Positions 19,042 through 30,228 of a stretch of 64,000 bases of DNA are shown here, piece after piece (the first letter of the stretch is position 1; each line of letters begins with the position of its first letter). The DNA lies in IMG/VR virus record IMGVR_UViG_3300043447_000100, positions 119,667 to 183,666 of that record, one strand, 5' to 3'. A program made the position numbers and the translations under genes. The notes below the pieces were generated by a model. The model was not told the origin of the DNA and searched no databases. It saw only the letters and a list, made by a program, of their open reading frames with translations. The DNA comes from a virus (Duplodnaviria > Caudoviricetes).

Positions 19042-22000
19042 ATGGCAATTACTCAAAACAGCAGAATCATCAACAGAACCGGCAATCTAGCAGACCTACC
19101 TCAATTAGCACCAGGTGAACTAGGTTGGGCCAGTGATGTAAAGCGTCTATTCATCGGTAACGAAGCAAAAGACGGCGCAAATACAGTACCAGACAATACG
19201 GAAATCTTAACGATTTTCAACCCAGGTAGTGGCGCAGGTTCAAATACACAGATTCAAATCAACAAAGAGGGTGCTCTTTATGCCGAAGACTCCTTCAAGT
19301 ATGACTATGAAGCTAATACTCAGCTTCTAACAGTTCCTAACGTATCAGTTACAACACAAGTAACAATCGGCTCAAACGCTGGTGTAGATACCTCTGCTCT
19401 AGACCTAAACAACAAAGAACTAGTTGTTTATGGTAACGCTATTATCACTGGCGACATTACCGCCGCTGGTAACATTACCTATGTTAGTCAGAATCAACTA
19501 ACAGTTTCAGACCCTGTTATTCAGTTAGGTGTCGTATCAGGCAGTGGTCAGACAGCACAAGCGTATGTCGGCGACCGCGGCATTATGTTGAATCACCAGA
19601 GTTCTAAAGAAGCGGCATTCATGGGCTATATGCCTGGCGGTGATCAAACAAAGATGAACTTTGCTAACTATTTCGTCATGGGCGATGTAGCAAAGTATGC
19701 TAACGGCGAATTGTGGTACGAGCCTACACTGACTTCTAACAACGTTGTCTTAAAGAAGTTCGGCGATACAATCATGGGCAACATTGTCCTAGCTGAAACA
19801 GCAAACCCTACAAGTGACTTAGCTACAACTGCTAAAGTGATTGTTGGTAAGAATACACACATCTGGACAAAGTATGTTCAGAACGACAACAGTAATATTG
19901 AAATCAGAGCAAACGGCTCAACATCTACATCAAGTATCAGAGACTTCGGCGGTGCTGATAGTTATTTCTCTAATGCTACAAGTGATACCGGCAACATTAT
20001 CTTCAACGTTCGCAACGTAGCAAGCGTTATTGATGTATCGGCTGATCCTACCTTAGGCGACCCAGCTTATGCTAACGCAAACGTGATCAACGAATACAAG
20101 AACGGCAACGCTAACTACAACTCTAAGTCAACTACATATCTAAACGGTAACGTTGTTATTCAACGCATTAAGAGTAGTTTGATTCCTGCTGTTGACGGCG
20201 CACTAGGTGCTAATAGTGGCAGTGTAGGCAATGCTGTTGATGGCTATGACTTAGGTAGCGACAACTTTAGATGGCGTGATCTTTATCTTTCAGGCAACAC
20301 AATCTATCTAGGCGAAGCAGGCACAGCAAACGTAGGCAATCCTGGTGACCCTACTACTAACCCTGCTTACAAGAACAGTGCTAAGATTCAGATTGCTAAC
20401 TTAGTAACGACTACAGGTAACACATCTGCACTAACATTTATGGCGCCCGATACTGCTCACTATGTTCTTTACAAGAGCGGCGGCTCAAGTAAGTTGAGTT
20501 TGTTCAGTAACGTGGCACAAGGCCCTGGCGCTTATGCTAACGGCGCACTAGCACCAGTAGTAACACTAGACAGTAGCGGTAACGTAACAACTACAAGTAA
20601 CGTAGGCGGCGTAACTCAAACAGTTACAATGACACCATCTGGTAGTGTAACATCACAAACAACTGCGGCTAACGGCGCTGTTACGACAGTAGCAATCGCA
20701 AGTTCAACAAACCCTGCCGCAACCGGCGTATCAACACAGCAACAATATGCTAACGGTGATGTAATCAGTTACAGTAATCTATATGCTAACGGCACATTTA
20801 CAACCGCAGATAGCACAGGTAACTCAACAACAATCACACCTACCGGCATTACACTAACCGGCGGTAACATTCAGAGTACATCAGCAGGTACTAACCCGTT
20901 CAACGGCGACTTAGAAGTTGCTGGTTGGGCTAACGTACACGGCGGCACCTTAAACATCTCTGATACCGCTAAAGACATTTCAGGCGTTGTTACACAAGCA
21001 AACACTGCTATCATCTCATCTCTAAACAATACATTCAGTTTGTTGAACACTAACGTCAACACAGCAAACGTATTAGGTGCTGGTGCTACAATCAATATCG
21101 CACGTGATATCGCAACAAGTGGCGGCACACTATCAGTCGGCCCTACAGGCTTAGTAGCATCTGGAACTCGCTCATATACAATGGGCATGAGTGCTCCTAC
21201 AAACCCAGCGATTGTAACAACTACTAACCTGTTCAATACTAACGTTGATACCTTAAACTTTGCTGGTAGTGCTAACACTATCAACATGGGTACAACAAGT
21301 GGTACACTAACAGTCAACAACCCAACAGTTGTAGGCACACAGCCTGTACAAAACTTGTGGAACACTGTTACTTCAACGTTCAACATCTTTGGTAACGCTT
21401 CAACTATTAACGCAGGCGCCGCTAACTCAACCTTAAATCTACAAGCAAGTACAATCGTTGGTGTTTCTACACAAACAACACAAAACTTGTGGAACGCAAA
21501 TGCGACCACAGTTAACGCATTCGGTGCTGCCGATACAATGAACGTTGGTAATGCTAATAGTACACTGAACTTGTTAGCAAACACAATCGTAGGCACTGCT
21601 ACACAAACAACACAAAACTTGTGGAACGCAAACGCAACAACAGTCAATATGTTGGGCGCGGCCTCTACTATCAACATGGGCGCAGGCAGTGGCACACTAA
21701 CTATCGGCAACCCTATTGTCGTTGGTACACAAGCAACACAAAACTTGTGGAACACTACCGCGTCAACAGTCAACTTCGGCGGCGCTGCAACTGCTATCAA
21801 CATCGGTAACACTGCCGGTATTATGACGCTACGCAACCCAACAGTCGTAGGTACACAAACAACACAGTCACTATTCAACACAGTAGCAACTACGCTCAAC
21901 TTCGGCGGTGCTGCCACAACAACAAACATGGGTGCTGCCAACTCAGTACTCAACTTGCGTTCAAGCACTGTTGTAGGTACATCAACACAAACAACACAAA

Positions 22001-25000
22001 ACTTGTGGGATGCTAACGCAACTACAGTCAACTTTATCAGTGCAGCTATCAACGCTAACATTGCTAAGATTGCTACAACACTCAACCTAGCAAGTGAAGC
22101 AACTGCTGCACAAACTGCTAACGTTGCTCTAACATCAGGCACACAAACTGCCAACGTACTATACGCAGGCGGTGCTTCACAAACGGTTGATGCTATTCGC
22201 TCAGCAGGTACGCAAACTGCTAACGTACTCTACGCAACTGGTGATCAAACACTTGCTCTAGGTCACACAGCAGCCGATCAAACACTAACCGCGTTTACTG
22301 CTGCCAGTGATCAAACAGCAACTGCGCTAACTGCCGGTGCGACACTAACAGCAAACATCTTGTACAGTGCTGACGATCAAACTCTCAACTTAGGTCGCAC
22401 TGCTACTGACTTGACTGCTAACGTGCTGAACAGTGGTGCTACACAAGCACTAGATATCGCACGAGCAACTACTACTCTAACTGCTAATGCTTTCACAGCA
22501 GGTACAGATCAAACCTTAGTATTAGCAACTGCTGGTGCTGACTTGACTGCTAATGCTCTATCAGCAGTAAGCGATGCTACACTAACAATCGGCAGAACAG
22601 GTGCTACGCTAACAGCAACAGTACTACGCAGTGGTGACGATCAAACCTTAACTCTAGCAGTAAGCGATCAGAACCTAACAGCAAATGCGTTCTACAGCAC
22701 AGACGATCAGGCTCTCAACTTAGGTCGCACTGCTGGTGATCTAACAGCCAACTTGCTAAACGCAGGCGCTTCACAAACCCTAGAACTTGCTAAAGCAACT
22801 ACAACACTAGACGCTAACGTATTGTACAGTGGCGGTGATCAAGACTTGACACTAGGCACAACAGCAGGCTTTATGACTGCTAACGTGTTGTATAGTACAA
22901 ACAACATGAACGTAGACTTAGCTCGTTCAGCAGTCAACATCACAGGTAACGTACTAGCAAGTACAATGGATCAAACACTAGCCTTAGCAACTGCCGGCGG
23001 CATTCTAAGTGCTAATGCGTTCTACAGTACCTCAGATCAATCACTAGGCTTCGCAAGAACCGCCGCTAACTTAGCCGCAAACGTACTCTACTCAACTGAT
23101 ACAATGCAGTTGAACTTAGCACGTACTGCTTCTACTCTAGCCGCTAACGTTCTTTACAGTGCTGACGATCAGAACTTATCTCTAGGTCGCACCGCTAACG
23201 ATATGACAGCGAACTTGTTCTACGCAGGTCAAACACAAACAGCTAACGTATTGACAACAGGTTCAACACAAACAGCTAACGTACTAGTCAGTGGTGCAGC
23301 ACAAACCTTAACTCTAGCAGGAGCTACAACTACACAAAACTTAGTTCTTGCTAATGCTGGCGGCACACAAGTTATTGACGCATTTACAACTACAGGTACG
23401 CAAACATCTAACGTGTTAGTTGTAAGTGGTACCGCCTCACAAACTGCTAACATCGCTCAAGCACAAGGCACACAGACCTTAAACATTGCGACACTAAGTA
23501 CAGCAAGTAGTATCTACAACTTGTTTACAGGTCCTACAGGCTCAGGCAACACTAAGACAATCAACTTCGGCACAGGCGGTCAATCTAACACTACTAACTT
23601 CAACATTGGTAGTAACGCCGGTACAATGATTATCAACACACCAGCAATCGCCGGTTCACAAACAACTCAGTCACTATACAACACAACAGCAACAACAGTT
23701 AACTTTGCTGGTGCGGCTACTACTATCAATATGGGTGCTGGCAACGGTACTCTAAACTTGTTGTCAAACACAGTTGTTGGTACAGCTTCTCAAACTACAC
23801 AGAACTTGTGGGATGCTAATGCTACAACAATCAACTTCGGTGGTGCAGCTACTGCTATCAATATTGGTGCTACGAGCGGTACAGTCTTAATCGACAACCC
23901 AACAGTCGTAGGTAGTCAAGCTACTCAAAACTTGTGGGACAGCAACGCTACTACGATTAACTTCGGCGGCGCGGCTACTGCTATCAACATCGGCGCTACA
24001 ACTGGTACAGTCTTAATCGACAACCCAACAGTCGTCGGTAGTCAAGCCACACAAAATCTATGGGATGCTAACGCTACAACTATCAACTTCGGTGGTGCAG
24101 CAACGCAAATCAATATCGGCGCTACAAGTGGTACTGTCTTAATTGATAACCCAACTGTTGTCGGCTCACAAACAGTTCAGAACTTGTGGGACGCTAACGC
24201 AACTACAGTTAACTTCGCACGTGCTGCCACAACACTAAACATGGGTGCTACAAGTGGTACTGCTACCCTACAGAACCCAACAGTAGTTGGTACGCAAACA
24301 ACACAGAACTTGTGGAACACAGTAGCAACTACAGTTAACTTAGCCGGTACTGCCTCTACAATCAACATGGGCGCAACTGGTGGCACTACAACCCTACGCA
24401 GTTCAACAGTAGTTGGTACAGACACAACTCAAAACTTGTGGGACACAACTGCTACTACAGTCAACGCATTTGGTGCCGCATCTACTATCGCAATGGGCGC
24501 AAGTGGCGGCACAACAACCCTACGTAGTTCAACTGTAGTCGGCACAGGCGCAACACAAACTCTATGGAACACTACTGCTACTACAGTTAACGCATTCGGT
24601 GCGGCTACTGCTATTAACGTTGGCGCTACAAGCGGCACAGTAACTATCAACAACCCAACTGTTGTTGGTACACAAACAACACAGAACTTGTGGAACTCAA
24701 CTGCCACAACAGTGAACTTTGCTGGTGCTGGTACTGCGATCACAATCGGTGCTACTTCAGGCACTACTACAGTTCGCAACGACTTAGCAGTTAACGGCAG
24801 TGTAACACTAGGCGACGCTAACACAGACAACGTTGTATTCAATGCTGACGTAAACAGTAGCATTATTCCTAACAACAACGTTACTAACGACTTGGGTACA
24901 GCCGCACAACAGTGGCGCAACCTATTCGTACAAGACATAACATTGAGCGGTGACGTTGCTGTAAACGGTGGTGACATCACTACAACACAAACAACGTTCA

Positions 25001-25818
25001 ACCTAATCAACACTAACGCTACTACACTCAACGTAGGCGGCGCGGCTACTGCCTTAAACTTAGGTGCTACAACAGGTACTACGACAGTCAACAACAACTT
25101 GACTGTAGCAGGTGACGTAGCGGTCAACGGTGGTGATATCACAACTAACCAGACTACATTCAACTTAGTCAACGCAACTGCCACAACAGTCAACTTAGGC
25201 GGCTCAGCAAGTATCAACATGAGTGCGGCAGGTAGAACAACCGCAATCGCAGGTGCGACAACTATCGGTCAAACACTAGGCGTAACAGGCACATCTACAT
25301 TCACAGGCGCAGTAACTGTAAACAACGGTCTAACAGTCAGTGGTACAAACACACTAACAACTAGAACAATCACTACAGGTGCGTCAGGTACTACTGGTAC
25401 TATCACTGGTACTTGGACACTAGGTGCTGGTTCAACCTTACAAGCAACATACGCTGACTTGGCCGAACGCTACAAGAGTGATGACGATTATGAACCAGGT
25501 ACAGTGCTAATGATCGGCGGTGAAGCAGAAGTAACAGTCGCTACTCTCAAAGGCAAAAACAAACTTGCCGGTATCGTATCTACAAACCCTGCTTATGTTC
25601 TAAACTCTATGGAACAAGGCAGCGTCATCATCGGTCTAGCAGGTCGTGTCCCATGTTTTGTTATCGGCAAAATCGAGAAGGGTGATATGCTCACAATCAG
25701 TGCTATCCCAGGTGTAGCAACCAGCACTGAGGAGCCTATTGCCGTAATCGGTCGTGCTCTCCAAAACTACAACAGCGGCGAAGTCGGTATGATTGAAGTA
25801 ATGATCGGAAGAGCGTAA
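19042..25818 (+). CDS. Giant repetitive tail fibre/spike with C-terminal chaperone-like domain
   Basis: N-terminal LPQLAPGELGW, two DLG(S/T)..(R/Q)WR.L motifs, Thr/Ala/Asn repeats, C-terminal YADLAERY..GRVP..KGD. Confidence 0.8.
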   Translation: MAITQNSRIINRTGNLADLPQLAPGELGWASDVKRLFIGNEAKDGANTVPDNTEILTIFNPGSGAGSNTQIQINKEGALYAEDSFKYDYEANTQLLTVPNVSVTTQVTIGSNAGVDTSALDLNNKELVVYGNAIITGDITAAGNITYVSQNQLTVSDPVIQLGVVSGSGQTAQAYVGDRGIMLNHQSSKEAAFMGYMPGGDQTKMNFANYFVMGDVAKYANGELWYEPTLTSNNVVLKKFGDTIMGNIVLAETANPTSDLATTAKVIVGKNTHIWTKYVQNDNSNIEIRANGSTSTSSIRDFGGADSYFSNATSDTGNIIFNVRNVASVIDVSADPTLGDPAYANANVINEYKNGNANYNSKSTTYLNGNVVIQRIKSSLIPAVDGALGANSGSVGNAVDGYDLGSDNFRWRDLYLSGNTIYLGEAGTANVGNPGDPTTNPAYKNSAKIQIANLVTTTGNTSALTFMAPDTAHYVLYKSGGSSKLSLFSNVAQGPGAYANGALAPVVTLDSSGNVTTTSNVGGVTQTVTMTPSGSVTSQTTAANGAVTTVAIASSTNPAATGVSTQQQYANGDVISYSNLYANGTFTTADSTGNSTTITPTGITLTGGNIQSTSAGTNPFNGDLEVAGWANVHGGTLNISDTAKDISGVVTQANTAIISSLNNTFSLLNTNVNTANVLGAGATINIARDIATSGGTLSVGPTGLVASGTRSYTMGMSAPTNPAIVTTTNLFNTNVDTLNFAGSANTINMGTTSGTLTVNNPTVVGTQPVQNLWNTVTSTFNIFGNASTINAGAANSTLNLQASTIVGVSTQTTQNLWNANATTVNAFGAADTMNVGNANSTLNLLANTIVGTATQTTQNLWNANATTVNMLGAASTINMGAGSGTLTIGNPIVVGTQATQNLWNTTASTVNFGGAATAINIGNTAGIMTLRNPTVVGTQTTQSLFNTVATTLNFGGAATTTNMGAANSVLNLRSSTVVGTSTQTTQNLWDANATTVNFISAAINANIAKIATTLNLASEATAAQTANVALTSGTQTANVLYAGGASQTVDAIRSAGTQTANVLYATGDQTLALGHTAADQTLTAFTAASDQTATALTAGATLTANILYSADDQTLNLGRTATDLTANVLNSGATQALDIARATTTLTANAFTAGTDQTLVLATAGADLTANALSAVSDATLTIGRTGATLTATVLRSGDDQTLTLAVSDQNLTANAFYSTDDQALNLGRTAGDLTANLLNAGASQTLELAKATTTLDANVLYSGGDQDLTLGTTAGFMTANVLYSTNNMNVDLARSAVNITGNVLASTMDQTLALATAGGILSANAFYSTSDQSLGFARTAANLAANVLYSTDTMQLNLARTASTLAANVLYSADDQNLSLGRTANDMTANLFYAGQTQTANVLTTGSTQTANVLVSGAAQTLTLAGATTTQNLVLANAGGTQVIDAFTTTGTQTSNVLVVSGTASQTANIAQAQGTQTLNIATLSTASSIYNLFTGPTGSGNTKTINFGTGGQSNTTNFNIGSNAGTMIINTPAIAGSQTTQSLYNTTATTVNFAGAATTINMGAGNGTLNLLSNTVVGTASQTTQNLWDANATTINFGGAATAINIGATSGTVLIDNPTVVGSQATQNLWDSNATTINFGGAATAINIGATTGTVLIDNPTVVGSQATQNLWDANATTINFGGAATQINIGATSGTVLIDNPTVVGSQTVQNLWDANATTVNFARAATTLNMGATSGTATLQNPTVVGTQTTQNLWNTVATTVNLAGTASTINMGATGGTTTLRSSTVVGTDTTQNLWDTTATTVNAFGAASTIAMGASGGTTTLRSSTVVGTGATQTLWNTTATTVNAFGAATAINVGATSGTVTINNPTVVGTQTTQNLWNSTATTVNFAGAGTAITIGATSGTTTVRNDLAVNGSVTLGDANTDNVVFNADVNSSIIPNNNVTNDLGTAAQQWRNLFVQDITLSGDVAVNGGDITTTQTTFNLINTNATTLNVGGAATALNLGATTGTTTVNNNLTVAGDVAVNGGDITTNQTTFNLVNATATTVNLGGSASINMSAAGRTTAIAGATTIGQTLGVTGTSTFTGAVTVNNGLTVSGTNTLTTRTITTGASGTTGTITGTWTLGAGSTLQATYADLAERYKSDDDYEPGTVLMIGGEAEVTVATLKGKNKLAGIVSTNPAYVLNSMEQGSVIIGLAGRVPCFVIGKIEKGDMLTISAIPGVATSTEEPIAVIGRALQNYNSGEVGMIEVMIGRA
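21200..24780 (+). repeat. Internal coding repeats of the tail fibre
   Basis: ~38-40 aa units TQNLW.(T/N)ATTVNF.GAA..IN.GA..GT flanking a central block of ~11-aa TANVL/DQTL units; boundaries approximate. Confidence 0.8.
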
Positions 25819-25859
25819 CTAATAGGAGCATAGATATCGGCCGTGATAAGTAGATATCT

Positions 25860-26303
25860 ATGAATCCGTTTCAGTTATCTTTTCCTGAACGCCTACACTC
25901 GTGGCGTCATCTAAGACACGATAGAGACCATCTTTCAAAAAAAGACTTTATCGTAGCAGTAGACAAATGGTGGCAACAGGCACCGCTAGTCAAACAACAT
26001 CTTCACTGGAATGACCAAGAAAATTGGCCCGATCCATGGACGATGTTATCCGAAAACAACTATTGCCTATTGACAAGAGCAATGGGTATGATATACTCTT
26101 TATTACTATGCGGTATCAATGACATAGAATTAGTGATGGTATCTGACCAGCAGTGCGAGGAGCATTTCTTGGTCTTAGTCTCAGATGACGGCGCAAAATA
26201 TACGCTTAACTACTGGCCTGACTCTGTACTAAGTACTACTCTCGACCAATTCACTATTGTCCGAACGATATCGTTGGATCCCCTACAAAATAAGATAAAA
26301 TAA
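25860..26303 (+). CDS. Hypothetical protein
   Basis: WPDPW..L..N.YC..H pattern, possibly transglutaminase-like. Confidence 0.6.
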   Translation: MNPFQLSFPERLHSWRHLRHDRDHLSKKDFIVAVDKWWQQAPLVKQHLHWNDQENWPDPWTMLSENNYCLLTRAMGMIYSLLLCGINDIELVMVSDQQCEEHFLVLVSDDGAKYTLNYWPDSVLSTTLDQFTIVRTISLDPLQNKIK

Positions 26304-26305
26304 CA

Positions 26306-28630
26306 ATGACCACTATTCACGTAATTAAACGCAATGGCGAACGAGCACCACTCGATATTGCCAAAATCCAAAGACAAGTAAAAAATTGCTGTACCGGTAT
26401 CGACGGCGTATCACCATCTATGATTGAACTTCGAGCGCAGATTCAATTTACTGATGGTATGACTACAGAGACAATCGATCAGCTACTACTTCAAGCTATG
26501 GTAGGTTTGATTGACGAGACTGAGAACCCAGAAGTGAACAACGTCAACTATCAGCACTGCGCAGGTCGTCAGCGTAGTTCAATGTTACGCAAACAAGTAT
26601 ATGGCAATTATGAGCCTATCAGTTTATACGAAATAGTAAAGAAGAACGTAGAAGCAGGAATGTATACGCCTGAGTTATTAGAATGGTATACACGTGAAGA
26701 ATGGGACATTATCGACCTGTTCATTGACCATACAAAGGATGAAAAATACAGTTATGCCGCTATTGAGCAATTATGTGAAAAGTATCTGGTACAAAATAGA
26801 AGTACTGGTAAAGTATATGAAACACCTCAAGTTCGCTACGCAGTCGCATCTGCTACCGCGTTTCACAATGAAGACCCAAAGAACAGACTCAAACTTGTTA
26901 AAGACTATTATGAGTGCGCCAGCGATGGCCACTTTACACTCGCTACTCCCGTACTTGCTGGGCTTGGCACTACTACTAAGCAGTTCAGTAGTTGTGTTCT
27001 TATTTCCGCAGACGATACCCTTGATAGCATCTTTGCCGCTGGCGAGATGATGGCAAAGTATGCCTCGAAACGTGCTGGCATCGGCTTAGAGATCGGTCGT
27101 ATTCGTCCTCTAGGCGCACCGATTCGCAACGGTGAAATCAAACACACTGGTCTTATCCCATTCTTGAAGAAGTGGTTCGGTGACTTACGTAGTTGTTCAC
27201 AAGGTGGTATTCGTAACGCCTCTTGTACAGTATACCTACCGATCTGGCACTATCAGTTCGATGACTTTATCGTTCTAAAGAACAACCAAGGCACAGAAGA
27301 AACTCGTGTACGTCAGATGGACTATAGTGTTGTTATCTCTAAGCTATTCTGGCGCAGATACAAAGATGGTGGCGTAATCACTATGTTTGACCCGCATGAA
27401 GTGCCTGACTTATATGAAGCATACTATCGTAACAGCAAGCGATTCGAAGAACTCTACCTCAAGTATGAGAAGGATGCTACTAAGAAAAAGAAAGTAATTT
27501 CAGCAGAAGAAGTATTCAAGAACGGCGTACTCAAAGAACGCACAGACACTGGTCGTATCTACATCGTCAACATTGATAACGTAATCAATCAAGGCCCGTT
27601 TGATACTGAAACTGATCCTATCTACATGAGTAATCTCTGTAGTGAAATTCTCTTGCCAACTCGTCCATTCCAACGATTAGAAGATGATCGTGGTCGTATT
27701 GCTCTATGTACACTAGGCTCAATCAACATGGGCATTGGTCGTGATCCACAAAGCGTTCGTAAGGCTTGCCGTGTTTTAGTTCGTTCCCTAAGTAACTTAC
27801 TATCATACCAAGACTTCCTATCAGTACAGAGTAAATTAGCTAACGGCGACTTTGAACCACTAGGTGTAGGCGTTACTAACTTAGCATACTGGCATGCTCG
27901 TCGTGGTTACAAGTACGGCTCACCAGAAGCACTAGCTGATTTGAAGCGTTGGATGGAACACATTGCTTACTATCTAACAGAAGCCTCAGTTGAACTAGCA
28001 GAAGAACGTGGTGCTTGCTTACGTAGTGAACACACATGGTACGGCAAAGGCGTATTCCCATGGGAACGCCGCGCTGAAGGCGTGAATGAACTCACAGACT
28101 TCTCGCCATCTATGGACTGGGAACCACTACGTGAGCGAATGAAGAAGAGCGGCATTCGTAATGCTACACTAATGGCCGTGGCACCGGTCGAGTCCAGCTC
28201 AGTTGTGTTAAACTCCACCAACGGAATTGAAATGCCGATGGAATTGATTTCTGTAAAGGAATCGAAAGCTGGATCGTTTGTACAAGTCGTGCCAGAGTAC
28301 AAACGTCTAAAGAATCGTTATCAGCTAATGTGGGATCAACAAGATTGTACAGACTACTTAAAGACAGCCGCAGTTATTGCCGCTTATGTAGACCAGTCAA
28401 TCTCTACTAACACATTCTATAACCCTGCTAACTACGAAGGCGGTAAAGTGCCAGGTACTACTATCGCTAAGAACTTGATGTTGGGTGTACACTGGGGTCT
28501 AAAGACTTATTACTACTCACTCATCAACAAGCAAGGCGCTAAACACGCACTCAAAGAAGAAAACGTCATTCAATTCCAACCACCAGTTGAGATTGCCGAA
28601 GACGAAGACTGCGAGGCTTGTAAATTATAA
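26306..28630 (+). CDS. nrdA: Ribonucleotide reductase class Ia alpha subunit
   Basis: ATP cone VIKRNG, QFSSC, SNLCSEI, KTYYY, C-terminal CEAC. Confidence 0.97.
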   Translation: MTTIHVIKRNGERAPLDIAKIQRQVKNCCTGIDGVSPSMIELRAQIQFTDGMTTETIDQLLLQAMVGLIDETENPEVNNVNYQHCAGRQRSSMLRKQVYGNYEPISLYEIVKKNVEAGMYTPELLEWYTREEWDIIDLFIDHTKDEKYSYAAIEQLCEKYLVQNRSTGKVYETPQVRYAVASATAFHNEDPKNRLKLVKDYYECASDGHFTLATPVLAGLGTTTKQFSSCVLISADDTLDSIFAAGEMMAKYASKRAGIGLEIGRIRPLGAPIRNGEIKHTGLIPFLKKWFGDLRSCSQGGIRNASCTVYLPIWHYQFDDFIVLKNNQGTEETRVRQMDYSVVISKLFWRRYKDGGVITMFDPHEVPDLYEAYYRNSKRFEELYLKYEKDATKKKKVISAEEVFKNGVLKERTDTGRIYIVNIDNVINQGPFDTETDPIYMSNLCSEILLPTRPFQRLEDDRGRIALCTLGSINMGIGRDPQSVRKACRVLVRSLSNLLSYQDFLSVQSKLANGDFEPLGVGVTNLAYWHARRGYKYGSPEALADLKRWMEHIAYYLTEASVELAEERGACLRSEHTWYGKGVFPWERRAEGVNELTDFSPSMDWEPLRERMKKSGIRNATLMAVAPVESSSVVLNSTNGIEMPMELISVKESKAGSFVQVVPEYKRLKNRYQLMWDQQDCTDYLKTAAVIAAYVDQSISTNTFYNPANYEGGKVPGTTIAKNLMLGVHWGLKTYYYSLINKQGAKHALKEENVIQFQPPVEIAEDEDCEACKL

Positions 28631-28645
28631 ACTAAAGGAAAATAA

Positions 28646-29854
28646 ATGAAAAAGCGCAATTACACACAAGACACGGTACGCCGATTACAAGGTAGTGTCC
28701 AAGTCGAACACACACTAGCAAAACGTGGAGCACAAAAACTTCGCCAACTACTAGCAACTGAGCCATACATCAATACACTTGGTGCTTACAACGGACAGAT
28801 GGCAGTACAACACGCTAAAGCAGGACTCAAAGCAATCTATTTGAGTGGTTGGCAAGTAGCGGCTGCTAACAACACTGCTAATCAAACTTATCCTGATCAA
28901 TCCTTATACCCAGTTGATTCAGTGCCTAAAGTTGTCAAGGGAATCAATAACGCATTCCGTCGTGCGGATCAAATTGAGTACTCAGAGGGCAATCAAACTA
29001 CTGATTACTTTCTACCAATCGTAGCAGACGCAGAAGCCGGCTTCGGCGGTGCTCTCAACTCATACGAACTAATGTCGGCTATGATTGAAGCAGGCGCCGC
29101 TGGTGTACACTTTGAAGACCAACTAAGTAGTGAAAAGAAATGCGGCCACTTAGGTGGCAAAGTACTCATCCCTACAGGACAGATGATTCGCACACTAAAC
29201 GCGGCACGACTAGCAGCCGATGTTGCTGGCGTAGACACAGTTATCATGGCTCGTACGGACGCAGAATCAGCAACCTTAATCACAAGCGACCATGATCCAC
29301 TAGACAAGGATTACATTATTAATGAACGCACTGAAGAAGGCTTTTACAAATTTAAAAATGGCCTTGATGCTTGTATTAGCAGAGGTCTTGCTTATGCCCC
29401 TTACGCTGATCTCTTATGGTTCGAAACTAGTACACCTGATATCGCACAAGCTAAGAAATTCGCCGATGCTATACACACTCAATTTCCGGACCAAATGCTT
29501 GCTTATAATTGCAGCCCTAGTTTTAATTGGCGCAAGTTTTTAAGTGAAGACGAGTGCGAAACGTTTCAGCGTGAACTAGGTGAACTAGGATACAAGTTCC
29601 AGTTTATTACATTAGCAGGCTTCCACTCCGTCAATCTTGCTACATTCGAACTGGCAGAAGCATACAAGCAACGCGGCATGGCCGGTTACTCGGAGATGCA
29701 ACAGCGTGAGTTTGCGGCACAAGAACGCGGCTTTACAACAGTTAAACATCAGCGTGAAGTTGGTGTGGGTTATTTTGACTTAATCAGCGAAGCGGTTGGT
29801 GCCACATCAACAGTCGCTAATAAGTCATCAACAGAAGCAGATCAATTTCATTAA
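28646..29854 (+). CDS. aceA: Isocitrate lyase
   Basis: [28 protein letters not shown], catalytic [14 protein letters not shown]. Confidence 0.96.
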   Translation: MKKRNYTQDTVRRLQGSVQVEHTLAKRGAQKLRQLLATEPYINTLGAYNGQMAVQHAKAGLKAIYLSGWQVAAANNTANQTYPDQSLYPVDSVPKVVKGINNAFRRADQIEYSEGNQTTDYFLPIVADAEAGFGGALNSYELMSAMIEAGAAGVHFEDQLSSEKKCGHLGGKVLIPTGQMIRTLNAARLAADVAGVDTVIMARTDAESATLITSDHDPLDKDYIINERTEEGFYKFKNGLDACISRGLAYAPYADLLWFETSTPDIAQAKKFADAIHTQFPDQMLAYNCSPSFNWRKFLSEDECETFQRELGELGYKFQFITLAGFHSVNLATFELAEAYKQRGMAGYSEMQQREFAAQERGFTTVKHQREVGVGYFDLISEAVGATSTVANKSSTEADQFH

Positions 29855-29860
29855 GGAGAT

Positions 29861-29929
29861 ATGATGGAACCATATTGCGAAAAATGTAATACAAGGCACG
29901 GCAGTAGTGAGCCGTGCTATAAAGGCTAA
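29861..29929 (+). CDS. Possible 22-aa Cys/His micropeptide
   Basis: TAAGGAG RBS; MMEPYCEKCNTRHGSSEPCYKG. Confidence 0.35.
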   Translation: MMEPYCEKCNTRHGSSEPCYKG

Positions 29930-29934
29930 TTGAT

Positions 29935-30117
29935 ATGATAGACGCCTATAACATCAGTTTCATGCTAAAAAATTTCTGGGCAAAACTAGCACTACCAGCA
30001 AGTGGTGCTAGTAATAGAGCACTAGAAGTACCAGTATATGTACAAGAGAACGATGAACTCAAACGAGTTGTGGACGTAATCGAACAAGACGGTAAAATCA
30101 TACTAGTCAAAGAATAA
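29935..30117 (+). CDS. Small hypothetical protein
   Basis: 60-aa ORF with phage-like codon usage. Confidence 0.55.
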   Translation: MIDAYNISFMLKNFWAKLALPASGASNRALEVPVYVQENDELKRVVDVIEQDGKIILVKE

Positions 30118-30228
30118 ACAAGGCACCATCGAGTGCCCTTTTCGCATAATACAGAGAGATAATTACACACCATTTTTCATAAATACTTGACCTAACAAAA
30201 ATAACAATAATAAGAAAGGTTGGGGGAA

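Noticed and set aside
21200-24780. Diversity-generating retroelement acting on the fibre
   Set aside because: No reverse transcriptase and no adenine-specific template/variable repeat pair; repeats differ mainly at synonymous sites.
20871-25220. Long minus-strand ORFs (427 and 263 aa) in the tail fibre
   Set aside because: Antisense shadows of Thr/Ala/Asn-rich repeats; Val-rich, no RBS or motifs.
26306-28630. Intein or intron in nrdA, helicase or uvsX
   Set aside because: Lengths and motif spacing are normal; no insertion seen.
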